From Amphiscolops sp. MND2022 (taxonomy: Eukaryota), in NCBI GenBank assembly GCA_964187785.1, contig OZ076412.1, forward strand, positions 30,938,001 through 31,002,000: a stretch of 64,000 nucleotides of DNA, in the 5' to 3' direction. Shown piece after piece: positions 23,801-34,245 of this stretch. Both the position numbers and the translations under genes were made by a program. The notes beneath the pieces were generated by a model. It was not told the origin of the DNA and ran no database searches. It saw nothing but the letters and a program-made list of their open reading frames with translations. Each line of letters opens with the position of its first letter. The stretch's first letter is position 1.

Positions 23801-24350
23801 TGAGGATAATCTTGGCAGTGGTTTGGGCATCATATTCATCGTGGGCACACGGGATAGCCTCGGCGAATTTCGTGAAGTGGTCTATTATGACCAAGAGACC
23901 GGTGTTACCCGATTCGGTTTTGCACAGTTTCAGATGGTCAAATTGCACCAGGTCGTTGAAGTTGCTGCTGTTGATGTTCTGCAGGGGGTAGCAGGGGTTT
24001 CCGGCAGGGTGTTTGGTTTGCTAGCAGGTTAGGCAGTGCTTAATGTGATTGACTATGTCATGCTTGATGCCCGGCCAAGTGTCCCGCTCTTGTACTCTTG
24101 CTAGCACCTTCCCTACACCCTGATGTCCCGATTCGTCGTGCGCCCTATACAAGATCTCGTGTTGGTATAGTTGGGGCATGACTATCATGCACGGTCGCAC
24201 GTGCAGCGCACGCTGTTGCGGAACGTAGTTGACGCAGAGGATGTCGTCCGGATTCAGGAAGAACAGGTCTTTCTTTTGGTGGAAGTAGCGCCGCGTGAAG
24301 TCCTGCACGTCTTCGGGGAATATGGCGTCCTCCAATGGTTCGCCTTTCAT
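20802..24350 (-). pseudogene. Integrase (HHCC-DD35E-GPY/F-like) with ~700-aa C-terminal extension; in-frame TAG at 24021-24023
   Basis: HDESGH...CLTC zinc motif, QFDH, QSDNATNF..(35)..LVERQNRT, WRGPHKV; extension contains RGRP repeats, CGTCGSRNCNC and macrodomain-like segments. Confidence 0.93.
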
Positions 24351-24358
24351 GAGTTTCC

Positions 24359-25717
24359 TCAGCGCCAGAGGTGCACGTCCCTACTCTGCGCTAAGTGCAG
24401 GTCTTTGAGGCCGCGCCTAGTTAGAAAGTGTTCTTGCAGCTCTGTCCCAACAGTCCTGAGGGCATGGGCTTGTCTTTGGCATTCGGGTGGCATCCCTTCA
24501 AGCGCAGGGTCAGGTTCTCCAGTGTCTAAGCGTGCCGGTGGCACTCCGGTTGCGATGCTGAGGATATGATTTGGTCGGTGATCCTCATCGATGGTGGGCG
24601 TCATTTCCCACTGTACTTGAGGGTACCACGGGGCATCACTCGCGGAGGGCTCTTGCAAGCTCGTTTTGGGCCCCTTCCCCAAAATGTACAGCAGTGGGAG
24701 TTGGACTCGAGCTTCCGGTGGAAGCTCTGGGTGGTTTGGTATCAGGCGTCCGTGTTTATCGAAGTACGGCACGGTGGGAAGCGCTTCATAATCCTTTTGG
24801 GTCATGAAGTTGAACCCCTCGCTCACTTCCGGTAACTTCTCAAGGATTTTCTCTCGGTGCACATAGTCGTTAGTCCGTTTGCTGAGGCCGTCCACATTCC
24901 GGTGCTGCGCGCGAGGTCGGTGGATCGTCTTGAAGTTGTACTGATCCAGACGCGCTATCCAGCGGCCTATCATGGCTTGGTCCATGTAGTATGTTTTAAG
25001 CCACGATAGGGCCTGGTTGTCCACGCGGAGCGTGAACTCTCGGCCTGCGAGGTACGAATGGAACTTCTCGATGAAGTAAAACACTGCATACATCTCCAAC
25101 TTGGGCGCTCCATAATTCAGTTGCGTCTTCGTCAGGGACTTGCTTCCGAAGACTATTGGCCGTAGGACAGTTTTCCCATTGTGTTCTTGTTCCTGGTGCA
25201 GGATTCCAGCTATTGCTACTGCGCTAGCATCGGTATCGAGCACGAACCGTCCGTCTTCGTTTGGGGCTGCCAAAGCGGTCGCGTTTGCTAGGGCCTCTTT
25301 CACGGCATCGAAGGCCTCTTGGTGTTTCACTTCCCAGTGGAAATGCTGATTCTTCTTGAGCACCTCCTGCATGGGTTGCACCTTGGCTGAATGAAACGGC
25401 ACAAAGTCCCGGTAGTAGTTCGCGAACCCTAGGAAGCTCTGAAGCTCCTCTCTGCTTCTCGGGGGCATCCATTCCTGTATTTTAATCACTGCCTCGGGGT
25501 CTGGCTTGATGCCTTCTGAGGATAACACCCGTCCCAGGTACTTTGTCTCCGTGCGCATGAAGTCGCATTTTTCGGCACGCATCTTGAATCCAGCCTCTCG
25601 GAGACATTCGAACACTTCCTTGATTCGTGCGATATGTTCTTCTATGGTTTCCGTTGCGATGACGATGTCGTCTATGTGGCTGAAGCGTTGCACAGTCCAA
25701 AGGGCATGCGCCGCCAT
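24359..25717 (-). pseudogene. RT C-terminus, RNase H and an insertion before integrase
   Basis: IDDIVIA, KYLGRVLS, LQSFLGFANYYRDFV, LDTDASAVAIAGIL, KLEMYAV, RVDNQAL, NVDGLSKR. A 1-nt frameshift near 24370 links to the integrase frame. Confidence 0.93.
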
Positions 25718-27606
25718 TCGAATAAGCCCAGTTCGCAGGCAAACGCCGTTTTCCTCCTATCGCGTTTCTTTAGCGGTATCTGCCAGAAGGCCCACGCTAG
25801 GTCGATACTTGTTAAGATCTTCGCATAGCCAATCCGGGATAGACTTTCATCGATCCTGGGCAATGGGAACGCGTCCTTGACCGTCACGTCGTTGAGCGGC
25901 CGGAAGTCACAGCAGAAGCGAAGTTCGCCAGTTTTCTTTTTGACCATGACTATCCCGCTTGCCCACGGCGAGTAGGAGGGTTGAATTAGGCCAAGGGCCA
26001 ACAAGTTCTGCACCTCTTGGTTGGCCTTCGCTGCCTTATCAGGGGACATGCGCCGAGCGCCTTCTCTGTGAGGGATAGCCTCTGGCTCTAGTTCTATGCG
26101 GTGTATCGCTATCTTGCAACTCCCTATGTCAGCCTTGTGCTTCATGAAAAGATCATCATACTCATTCAAGACGCTTGCTAGTTGATCTCTCGCCCCCTCC
26201 CCCCATGAAGAAAGGACGGAAGAGAGGTCTGGACCTGGTATAGGTTTTAGTAACTGTGGGTCTGTCCTAGCATGCTTCTCACTTTCCGACAACCCTTCCT
26301 CGGACATTTCAGTAGAGGACAAAAAGTTTTGAGCAAAAGAACTGAATTCCGAACTCGTTTCGCTCAAACACTTATCTGTATAAACTCTATTAACTTGTTC
26401 AAACAAAGATTTATCAATTTCGGTTGTCGTATCGGCAGCCACAGGTTGCAACACAAAGTTTGTAGGTTCTGCCTTACCAAGGACAGTTTTGGTTGGAATA
26501 GTTACGTTTTCGAAGGCGGCAGTGTTTCGTACGGCTATGAAAACAATGCCCTCGTCTCCAACAGACGTCAATGTATCTTCTGAAACAAAGGGACACCGTT
26601 TATGCACCCCCAGGGGGCGGATCATTACGTTCCGGAAGTGGTACTCATTGTGCTTTTGAGAAATAACTTGGGCTCGCACTAGCTTACGCTCATAGGGGAC
26701 TAGGACTACCTTTTCGGTGGATATTACTAAGGATGGCTCGTGGTCACTTACCTCATGGACGGGTTTGAAGTGGCGTGGCGCTTTGGGGTCTCGTATGGTG
26801 ACTCTCATGGCCGTCAAGTCCACGAGGACGTTGTAAGTGCGCAAGAAGTTTCTGCCGAGCAAAAAGTCTTCCGCACCTAGGTGATCGGCAATGACTATAA
26901 AGTTGGTTCGAAGGGTATGACCGCCCAACTGGAAGCTGACATCTTCGGCAATGCCGATGGTGTTGATCGTTTTGCCATTGGCAGCATACAGTTGGATATC
27001 ATAAGGCAGGAGGCTCCAGGCGTGGGCTGCTGCAATTTTTTGATAGGCCTTGAGGGAGAGGATGGAAACACCCGAGCCGGTGTCAACCATCCCGTACAAG
27101 GGTATTGGTTCCTGGATCGTGTTGCCAAAGGCAACCACCAAGGATGCCCGTTCATCTATGCGAGCCTCCCCCTGGGCATCTTGCACCCCGATGTTGTAAC
27201 ACCGCAACTCCTGGCGGCCCAAGTACAATCCCTGAGGGAAGTGACCTTCTAAGACTACGATAGCGTCGAACTTCATGTCTACGCCGTCGACGTTGATGGC
27301 TACCGGCACCGGAGAGATGGTTTTGACTTTCTGTATTGGGGTCAGTTTCGTTTCGTCTTCCCTTGCAAAATGCGGAAGCGGTCGCGCGGCGATCGTATAT
27401 TTCACGTTTCTGCATAACTCCTCTTTCAGCTTCGTTAAGGTCAGCGTGGGCTGCGACTTCTGCTAGGCCGAGAGAAGTAGGTGTATCGAGATAAGTGTTT
27501 CTGTGCAATCTGGGGCGGGTGCCTCCAGCGTAGGTGACTTTTCGCCACAGGTGACTACCACCGGTCGGGAGGGGCCTCCATCTTCCGCTATCGATATTAC
27601 CCGGAC
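25672..27606 (-). pseudogene. Aspartic protease and RT N-terminus, in frame with gag; in-frame TAG at 27463-27465
   Basis: GMVDTGSGVSIL, DFLLGRNFL, PSYSPWASGIVMVKKK..LRFCCDFRPLND, DLAWAFWQIPL, RMPFGLCNASAT then an internal deletion. Confidence 0.93.
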
Positions 27607-30408
27607 CTAGTCGTCTTGGCCCAGGCCGTCGAATTGACTTGGCGAAGGAGCATACCACGCTGCACGGATTTGCTCTTCGTGGCTCATGTGCTCCGGGGCC
27701 ATGCATTCCGACGCCGAATGCTCGGTACGGCCGCAATTGATGCAGAAGGCAACTGTGCCTTGGGTTGGTAGGGATGCTGGGAAAACATCATAGTTCAAGC
27801 CATGTGGCTGAGAGGGGCACATCCAACTGCCGGACGGGTTTGTGTGACAGGAGTTCACTTGCTGTTGCACCGGCTTCCGTGCGCGGTCCTTCAGGGGGCA
27901 GTTCACCACGAAGTGCGACGGATCTCCGCAATTGAAGCACGCCCGTTGGGGTTGCTGTCGGTAGGCTGCCGGTGGCGCAGGTTGTTGTTGGTATGCCGCT
28001 GGTTGGGGGGGCTGCTGCTGCATTTTTTGGGCCGGCAGGGGTGCTGCCGGAGATTGATTAGGTTGTGGGAGGTTGGCCTGTTGTTGTGGAGGGGGTATCA
28101 TTGGGTAGTTGTCCGAGCGAGCGGAGCCGCGCATGCGTAAATATTGTTGTATTGTGAAGCGAAGGGCTTCCACTGTCGGCGGAGCCTCCACGTATTGCTC
28201 CGGTGCGTACATCAGCGCGAGGTTTCTTTTCAATTCAAAGTTGCGTACTCCCTCGATGAATCTTTGCATGATTTCGTATCGACGAACCGTTACCTCCTCA
28301 TTAGGGTAACCCTGGCTACGCAAGCCCTCGAGGGCATCAAGGTATTGCATGTAGTCCTCTTCGCTATTCTGATTGCGGGTTCTGAATTGCTGCTGGATGT
28401 GGATTTTGCTGGAGCCTGTCCCAAAGCGACACGCCAACAGTGCGAACACTTTCTCATCCGTGTCCTTCTCGGCCTCGGACTTGTTCGTGATGTAGTCTCT
28501 GGCTTCATGCTCCAGATACTCAATTATCGTCCATGCTTTATCAAGGGGGGTCGCCTTCGGGTGTGCTTTTTCCAAGTGGCGTTTCATCAGCATCATCCAC
28601 CCATCTGCATTTCCGTCTCGGGTTCCTCTGTACTTCGTGGGTTTGTTTTTAGACTCTTTGACGGCGAGCAACGGCTCAAAGCCTTTAGACATAGCTGTGG
28701 ATATTGCTTCTGCTAGTGCCTGTCGTTGGGAAGTCCTCGGCGTGTCCGGGGCCTCTTCTGCCTGCGAGGGCATCTCTTCCACGTCGCTAAGTTCGCCTTT
28801 GCCTTGTTCTAGGTTCCGCTTGGTTGTCACCTTGCGCTGGGTGCTGGTGGCCACTGGCCGCGGAACAAAGTCCCTGAACGTCTGTGTTCGCGCAGGTAGG
28901 CGGAATGCCGCGCTGGAACCGGCCGTATAATAACTGGTCCTGCGGGTGTTCATTTCGTCGGCAGCGGAGTGGAAATCGCCCGAGGTCGTTGCCCCGCGGG
29001 CGTACTGGTCGAACGACGGCGGGTCAGTCGTGGGGTCTGTGCCGGCGTCTCGTGACTCTGCGTGGGCTACCTTAGCCATTTTACTAGCTTTCGACGGGTC
29101 ACGCCTGTATGTCGCGGGTGGCGCTAGTTTTGGGGGCCTAGCAGGCTCCACTGTGTGCTGTGCCACCGTCCGGTAGGGAGGTTGGGGAGCTGCACTTGTA
29201 GAGGGCACATCGGCTTGCTGGTATTTTTGGGGTGCCCGTGACGCTGTCTGTGCCTGCGATGCTGGGGTCTGTGACACAATTGCTTTCACGCCTAGCGTCA
29301 AATCTTGCATTGCCATCATCAAGTCCGCCATGCGGACATTGGAGTCCATGTCGCGGCGCTGTATTGTGTTCGTCATTGCCTTCATGCGTTCGTCGGCCTG
29401 ACGGTCTCTTTCTCTCATTACTGCAGACATGTCAGCCATGCGGGCATCCGCCGTGGTCTCTCTCTGTTTATTCAGATCGTTGAGAGACGCCATAGACGCC
29501 TCCAGTCGGCCCTGATTCTGTCGTCCTTCCGCTTGAATTTCCAGTAGACCTCTTCGCATCTCGTCCATGTCCCTCATTATCATGTCGGCGCGCATTTCAT
29601 GTTCGTTGTTTTCCCGCGCCAGCTTCGTCTGGACTTGGGCTAGCTGAGCTAGGCTACTCTGAAAGTCTTCTCGAATTGCTTGCGCTTCCTTTCTTGCTTT
29701 GGTTATCGTTGAGTCAAGATTGGTGTCGGCGCTGGCTTGAGAGCTTGGCGTGTGGGATGCTCGGCTCCCATTCGCGTAGTTAACCTTTGGACCCGCCGAG
29801 GGTGGCGTTCGAAAAACGTATCTTAACGGATTCTCCGTCACGGTTGTTTTCAGATTCTCCGCCGGCCTACTCGACGCTTTCGCCGGTGCTCCCGGTAGCG
29901 CATATCCGCTCCGAAAGGGATTCCCGCCTATGCTATTGGTCATCTCCTGGGAATCCGAGGGGTTCCTCTCGACTACCGCCGTCCGTGGGTCCGCCCGTGG
30001 AGTCGTTAGAGTGTCGTTTTGTTCAATGGGGGTGTCAGCAGTGCTGGGCTCACATGTGGGCCCTTGGTTGGAGTTTGGCCAATTTTCCAAGCTGTAGTCA
30101 GTGACTTCCAGCGGAAGCCATGTGTTTCTTTGCATGGTGGTTTCAGCACCATCCTGTGGATTGGTGCTGTCGGGGGAGGCTCGCGAGGAGTTAGGCTGGC
30201 TGGTGGCAACGGCTATCTCCGCGTTTTGCTCCTGGCTCGGTACGTAGTCAGACATGACTTCTGAAAACATGGCAGCTATGGCGGAATCTAGTCTACATTC
30301 GTTTTGCTCGATCGTGGCTTCCGTTCCCCTTCTGAAAGGATTGGTGGCGTGGAGGTCGCTTATGCTAGCGTTAGCTTCGCGTCGTTCCATGGCCACGGGA
30401 TGAGACAT
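27607..30408 (-). CDS. gag: Gag (~933 aa; long N-terminal coiled-coil/low-complexity region, capsid-like domain, two CCHC knuckles)
   Basis: KPTKYRGTRDG..W, capsid-like helical region, CFNCGDPSHFVVNC and CINCGRTEHSASEC. First ATG at 30408 (the track start at 30438 is GTG). Confidence 0.92.
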   Translation of the reverse strand: MSHPVAMERREANASISDLHATNPFRRGTEATIEQNECRLDSAIAAMFSEVMSDYVPSQEQNAEIAVATSQPNSSRASPDSTNPQDGAETTMQRNTWLPLEVTDYSLENWPNSNQGPTCEPSTADTPIEQNDTLTTPRADPRTAVVERNPSDSQEMTNSIGGNPFRSGYALPGAPAKASSRPAENLKTTVTENPLRYVFRTPPSAGPKVNYANGSRASHTPSSQASADTNLDSTITKARKEAQAIREDFQSSLAQLAQVQTKLARENNEHEMRADMIMRDMDEMRRGLLEIQAEGRQNQGRLEASMASLNDLNKQRETTADARMADMSAVMRERDRQADERMKAMTNTIQRRDMDSNVRMADLMMAMQDLTLGVKAIVSQTPASQAQTASRAPQKYQQADVPSTSAAPQPPYRTVAQHTVEPARPPKLAPPATYRRDPSKASKMAKVAHAESRDAGTDPTTDPPSFDQYARGATTSGDFHSAADEMNTRRTSYYTAGSSAAFRLPARTQTFRDFVPRPVATSTQRKVTTKRNLEQGKGELSDVEEMPSQAEEAPDTPRTSQRQALAEAISTAMSKGFEPLLAVKESKNKPTKYRGTRDGNADGWMMLMKRHLEKAHPKATPLDKAWTIIEYLEHEARDYITNKSEAEKDTDEKVFALLACRFGTGSSKIHIQQQFRTRNQNSEEDYMQYLDALEGLRSQGYPNEEVTVRRYEIMQRFIEGVRNFELKRNLALMYAPEQYVEAPPTVEALRFTIQQYLRMRGSARSDNYPMIPPPQQQANLPQPNQSPAAPLPAQKMQQQPPQPAAYQQQPAPPAAYRQQPQRACFNCGDPSHFVVNCPLKDRARKPVQQQVNSCHTNPSGSWMCPSQPHGLNYDVFPASLPTQGTVAFCINCGRTEHSASECMAPEHMSHEEQIRAAWYAPSPSQFDGLGQDD

Positions 30409-33400
30409 TTTAGCTCGCGCTGCGTACAAAGTTTCCACGCGGCACGCAACAAAAAAATTTTTTTTTGATTTCTCTCTACTCCCTTCCCCCGCAAAACAAG
30501 TGGTAAATGATGGAGTGAGAAAGGTTTGCTTTGGCTGAATGACCCAAAGAGGTACTATCTAAACTGTACTAACTAACTAACCTACTAAGCTATTCGGCGT
30601 GCCTAGCCGCTCGGAGTGGCCGGTCTCTTGTGTAATGAGGTTGAGACCTGCTATGTGGGCTTGAACTCCTTCCTGCACTCTCGGAGTGCACTAGGAACAC
30701 TATCGCTGGTTGGTTTAACTGAAATTTCGTTTGCTTTTCCCTCACTTAGTAGAAGGTTTGGCTTTCTTAGCAAAAAAAATTTTTTTTGGCGATCACCACT
30801 ACAAATTACTACACGCTAAGTTGACTTCTACTTTTAGGTGACCGCAAGCCTTGTTGCTACCGTTAACTGAAAACTATTGGGTTAGCTTCAAACTCGTCGG
30901 CGGAGATTTCTTATTGTATCCCCCGCGCAGGGCGCAGTGGGGGTCACCTTAGGTTGTTTTATACGCTTGTACGACGAGGTTGATTCGGGAACAATGGATG
31001 GGCAATGGACGGGAAATGATCTGGGGATTGATTGGGAATGTGTGGATTGAGTATTGAGTGGTACTCTGGTCTATAGCCTCTTGGCTCGTGGGTAAAAGAG
31101 TTTACAACGATATGGGTGGTCTCTTGTGTACTTGTTCTACTTTCTCCACGCGTCCCGCAGATCTGGTCTGTGACTACTTTGGTGCTCCCGGGCACACTCT
31201 CGCACCCTCAGGGTACACGAGGCGCAGAGTATATGTGGTTATGACGAGCAAATTGCACCTGGGCGACTTTGGTGGCGGGCAAGAAACGAATCTCGGTTTT
31301 CAGGGTTACCGTCTCTTAGTCTCGTAGAGTGTTTAGTGGGAGGTCGCTGGTCTTGGGGCCAACCCTACGCGGATTTTGTAAGTTCAGTGAGCCGTGTGGG
31401 ATTTGCTTGATGCGCTAAACAGGTCGTTTCAGCCCTGAGTGAGGCACGTCAGGACTAGAAGTGCGCGGGTTTTCAGTCAAAATTCGCCAGAAACGCTGTT
31501 TTTCTCGTCAAGTAACACCTCCGGGGAAGGTGAAAATCACTTTTAGTGCTGCTAGCGACCTGAAAATTTCACACCGTCTATTATACCTGCTAAATCGTGG
31601 GGAATTAATCTCCGATTGCGCCAAAAGTGACCCAATAAGTGTTACGGCCACTTAACAATGTTTACCGAAAAATTGACTATGTCGTGAAATTCGCAAAAAG
31701 TGGTGTAACTCGCGTCCTAGGCGTCCCAGCTACCTGAAATTTCGCATGCGAGCGTAACTTATGCTTACGCAACAGCAAAATCCGGCGGCGAGGTGCCTGG
31801 ATCAATATCGGGCGGTCCGAAGTGACAAAACCTTGATGTACCGGAGGTACCACTTCTTCGGGTCAAAAATCACAAAAATGTCAATTTCTCAGCTTCGGCT
31901 GGTAGTCGGCTGCTCAAATTGCACAAATCGTCGGGATTTGGTACCCCGAGGACGAAAATAGGAAAATTAGGGTGCCGAGATATCCCGGAGATATCACACC
32001 AGGCTCAATCAAATTTTCGATTTTTCGGCAATTTGGTACACTTTCTGGACAAAACTGCGGCTGAGTTATCTCTGCGGGTATTCACAGTAGGGCTATCAAA
32101 ATCACGCTACTAGCGTAACTTTTTGCGCTCTACACGATTGTGCAATCCGTTTTTAGCTCTTCCTGTTAGGAGAGATTTCGACTTGTTGAAAATACGAGGT
32201 TGCCGAATTCCGAAATTGACGCAAAAATTGTGCGTTTTCGACTATTTCTCAACAATCACTGCTCAGAATTGCTTGCGGTTTTCGGCGTTTGCAACGTTAC
32301 GCTCTCTATTAACTGGAAATAGGCAAGCAAAACCTGGTAGGTTTCAAACAAGGTCTCTCACAAAATTTCTCGATTGCATCTTTTACACCCTCGGAACAGT
32401 ACTGGAAATACGTGTTTTCGTCAATAATCCGATGTTTTTTTTGTTTTCTGGTGTTCCGTTTGGTTTTATTAGTAGAGTTAGGACACGTAATAACTTTATT
32501 CAGGGGGCTGGGGCAGTTGCAATAATTAATTTGATTTCAATAACTCTTAGGTCTATGGGGGTCCTTCACTCAGGTCTATTTTAATGAAAGAAAAGTGATG
32601 TTAAAACTTCAATTTATATTGGGGGCAATCAAAAACCGTCTTGGTAGTAGTATTGCGTACTACCAAGCTCAACAACAAAATTTTTGGGCCTTTCAAGAGG
32701 CTTGGGAACAAACGCCCAAGGCTTCGCCCTTACTAAAATTGGTCAAAATGGCCAATTTTGCCGATTTTTAAACAAAATTTGCTGAATTTTTCATGTTTTT
32801 CAAAAAATAAGCCCAACAAAAATTTTGTTCTCAACCTGGTAGGTCTGACAGAACGTTTTTCAGGTATTCCCATAGGCCGTATACAATTCTACAAAATTCT
32901 GGCTTCAAAAACGGGAAAATTCGATATTTGAGCTATTATTAGTGTTATTTTCGATGTTTTCGAGCTCAAACTTTAAAATAACAGATGCAAACACCCTGTG
33001 GGTATTTTTCTCAGTTAGTTTATGCAAAAACAGGCCTGGGAATACTAATTTTCGGCTAGAAAACGTAAAGGGAACGAAATAACCCAGCTGTCTTCGGTGA
33101 ATCGGCACCAGGTGGGGAGGAAGAGGCTATGACGTGAAGCACCTGTAGTCCTGCACTCAGCTAGCTCGGGTCTTCACGAACCGTCCTCGCAGTCCCTGTA
33201 CATTGCCAATTAGCTGAAAAGAAGCTGGAAAACCCGTTAAAACACGTTCCGGATAGGCCGGAATAGCTCTTTTAACAAGTACAGATAAGGTGCAAGGGGG
33301 TACACTGTTTCAAACTGTCTTTTTCAGGCTGGAGACCTCGGAAACATGCAGGAAACGCAGGAAAAACAAGGCCCAAAGGGCTAGAAAAAAGCAGCAAAAA

Positions 33401-33495
33401 CAATCTAGGACCCTCCCAAAAGCTTCTCCTAGATCCGGACCTTACAGGGCCGGAAAGCAGGAGTTGCTCCTCGCAGGACGCGGTAAGGAAAAATA

Positions 33496-33512
33496 TCCCT
33501 CTGTGGTCGCCA
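33496..33512 (-). promoter_or_regulatory. Primer-binding site, tRNA-Arg-like, 16 nt from the LTR
   Basis: TGGCGACCACAGAGGGA, a 15/17 match to the complement of the vertebrate tRNA-Arg(CCG) 3' end (TGGCGACCACGAAGGGA) as I recall it. Confidence 0.75.
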
Positions 33513-33528
33513 TAAAAACTATTCCAGA

Positions 33529-34245
33529 TGTAACGACCGGCTAGCGGCGCACATCCCGGAAGTGGGACAATGCCTAGGATGCTTAAACAGGAGACCGTTG
33601 TCTTACTACACTCCTAGACACTGGCTTTTCTCCCAAAATGGTCTCCATGGGGGACTTTTCTAACGTCTAAGGAGACTCCTCTAGTTAGAGCTCCGAGGCG
33701 ACGTGCCGGCACTCTCAAAGTCCGGACACGCCCCACAAGCCTGTAAAAACGTTCCTACATAATCCTAAGCCTTCCTACGACTTCCTACATACTTCCGAGG
33801 TCCAAAAAGTGTTTATCCAAAAAATACCATTTTGACAGTTAGGGACATGAAATGCTGACCTAGAAGGTCTGGCATAAGCGAAACAGAAAAATATATTACG
33901 AATCAACAAATTAAGGGGGACGAGCCCCAAAAGGGAGTACAGTTACTGTTTGTAGGTTTTCGGGAATCCAGTCATGTCATTCTGGAACGGATTTGCATTC
34001 TCTCCCAGAGGGATGGCATAACACCGGGTAGCACTCGTCACATTCGGCTCTGTGCGAATCTTCATGTCAATAGTCATCCTGCTTTCTGGTTCCTTTCTTC
34101 TTTACTCTTTTTTCGCGTGCTCTCTCTCTCTTTTCCTTTTTGTTTGTTTCAACGACCTGCCAGGTCGGCCATTTTGACTCGCACACTTTCTGGTTCTTGA
34201 TTGAATTTTTCATCGAAAATTTGGTGCTGAGTGGTGGACGTTACA
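33529..34245 (-). repeat. 5' LTR of giant Gypsy (717 bp)
   Basis: TGTAACG...CGTTACA termini; direct repeat of 15044-15762. Confidence 0.97.

Larger units (their letters stand above)
15044..34245 (-). mobile_element. Giant (19,202 bp) Ty3/Gypsy LTR retrotransposon with accessory ORFs; defective copy
   Basis: Two near-identical TGTAACG...CGTTACA LTRs, PBS, PPT, gag with two CCHC knuckles, PR-RT-RH-IN domain order, two extra sense ORFs after pol. Confidence 0.97.

Noticed and set aside
19268-27609. Alternative genetic code (TAG reassigned) to explain the in-frame TAGs
   Set aside because: TAG also ends pol at its natural terminus (20802) and the host terminal exon (56801). Frameshifts and a deletion show ordinary decay.
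16292-30264. Numerous plus-strand track ORFs within the giant element (e.g. 19914-20342, 22357-22749, 28144-28716)
   Set aside because: Antisense shadows of GC-rich gag/pol/accessory frames, with no independent motifs.
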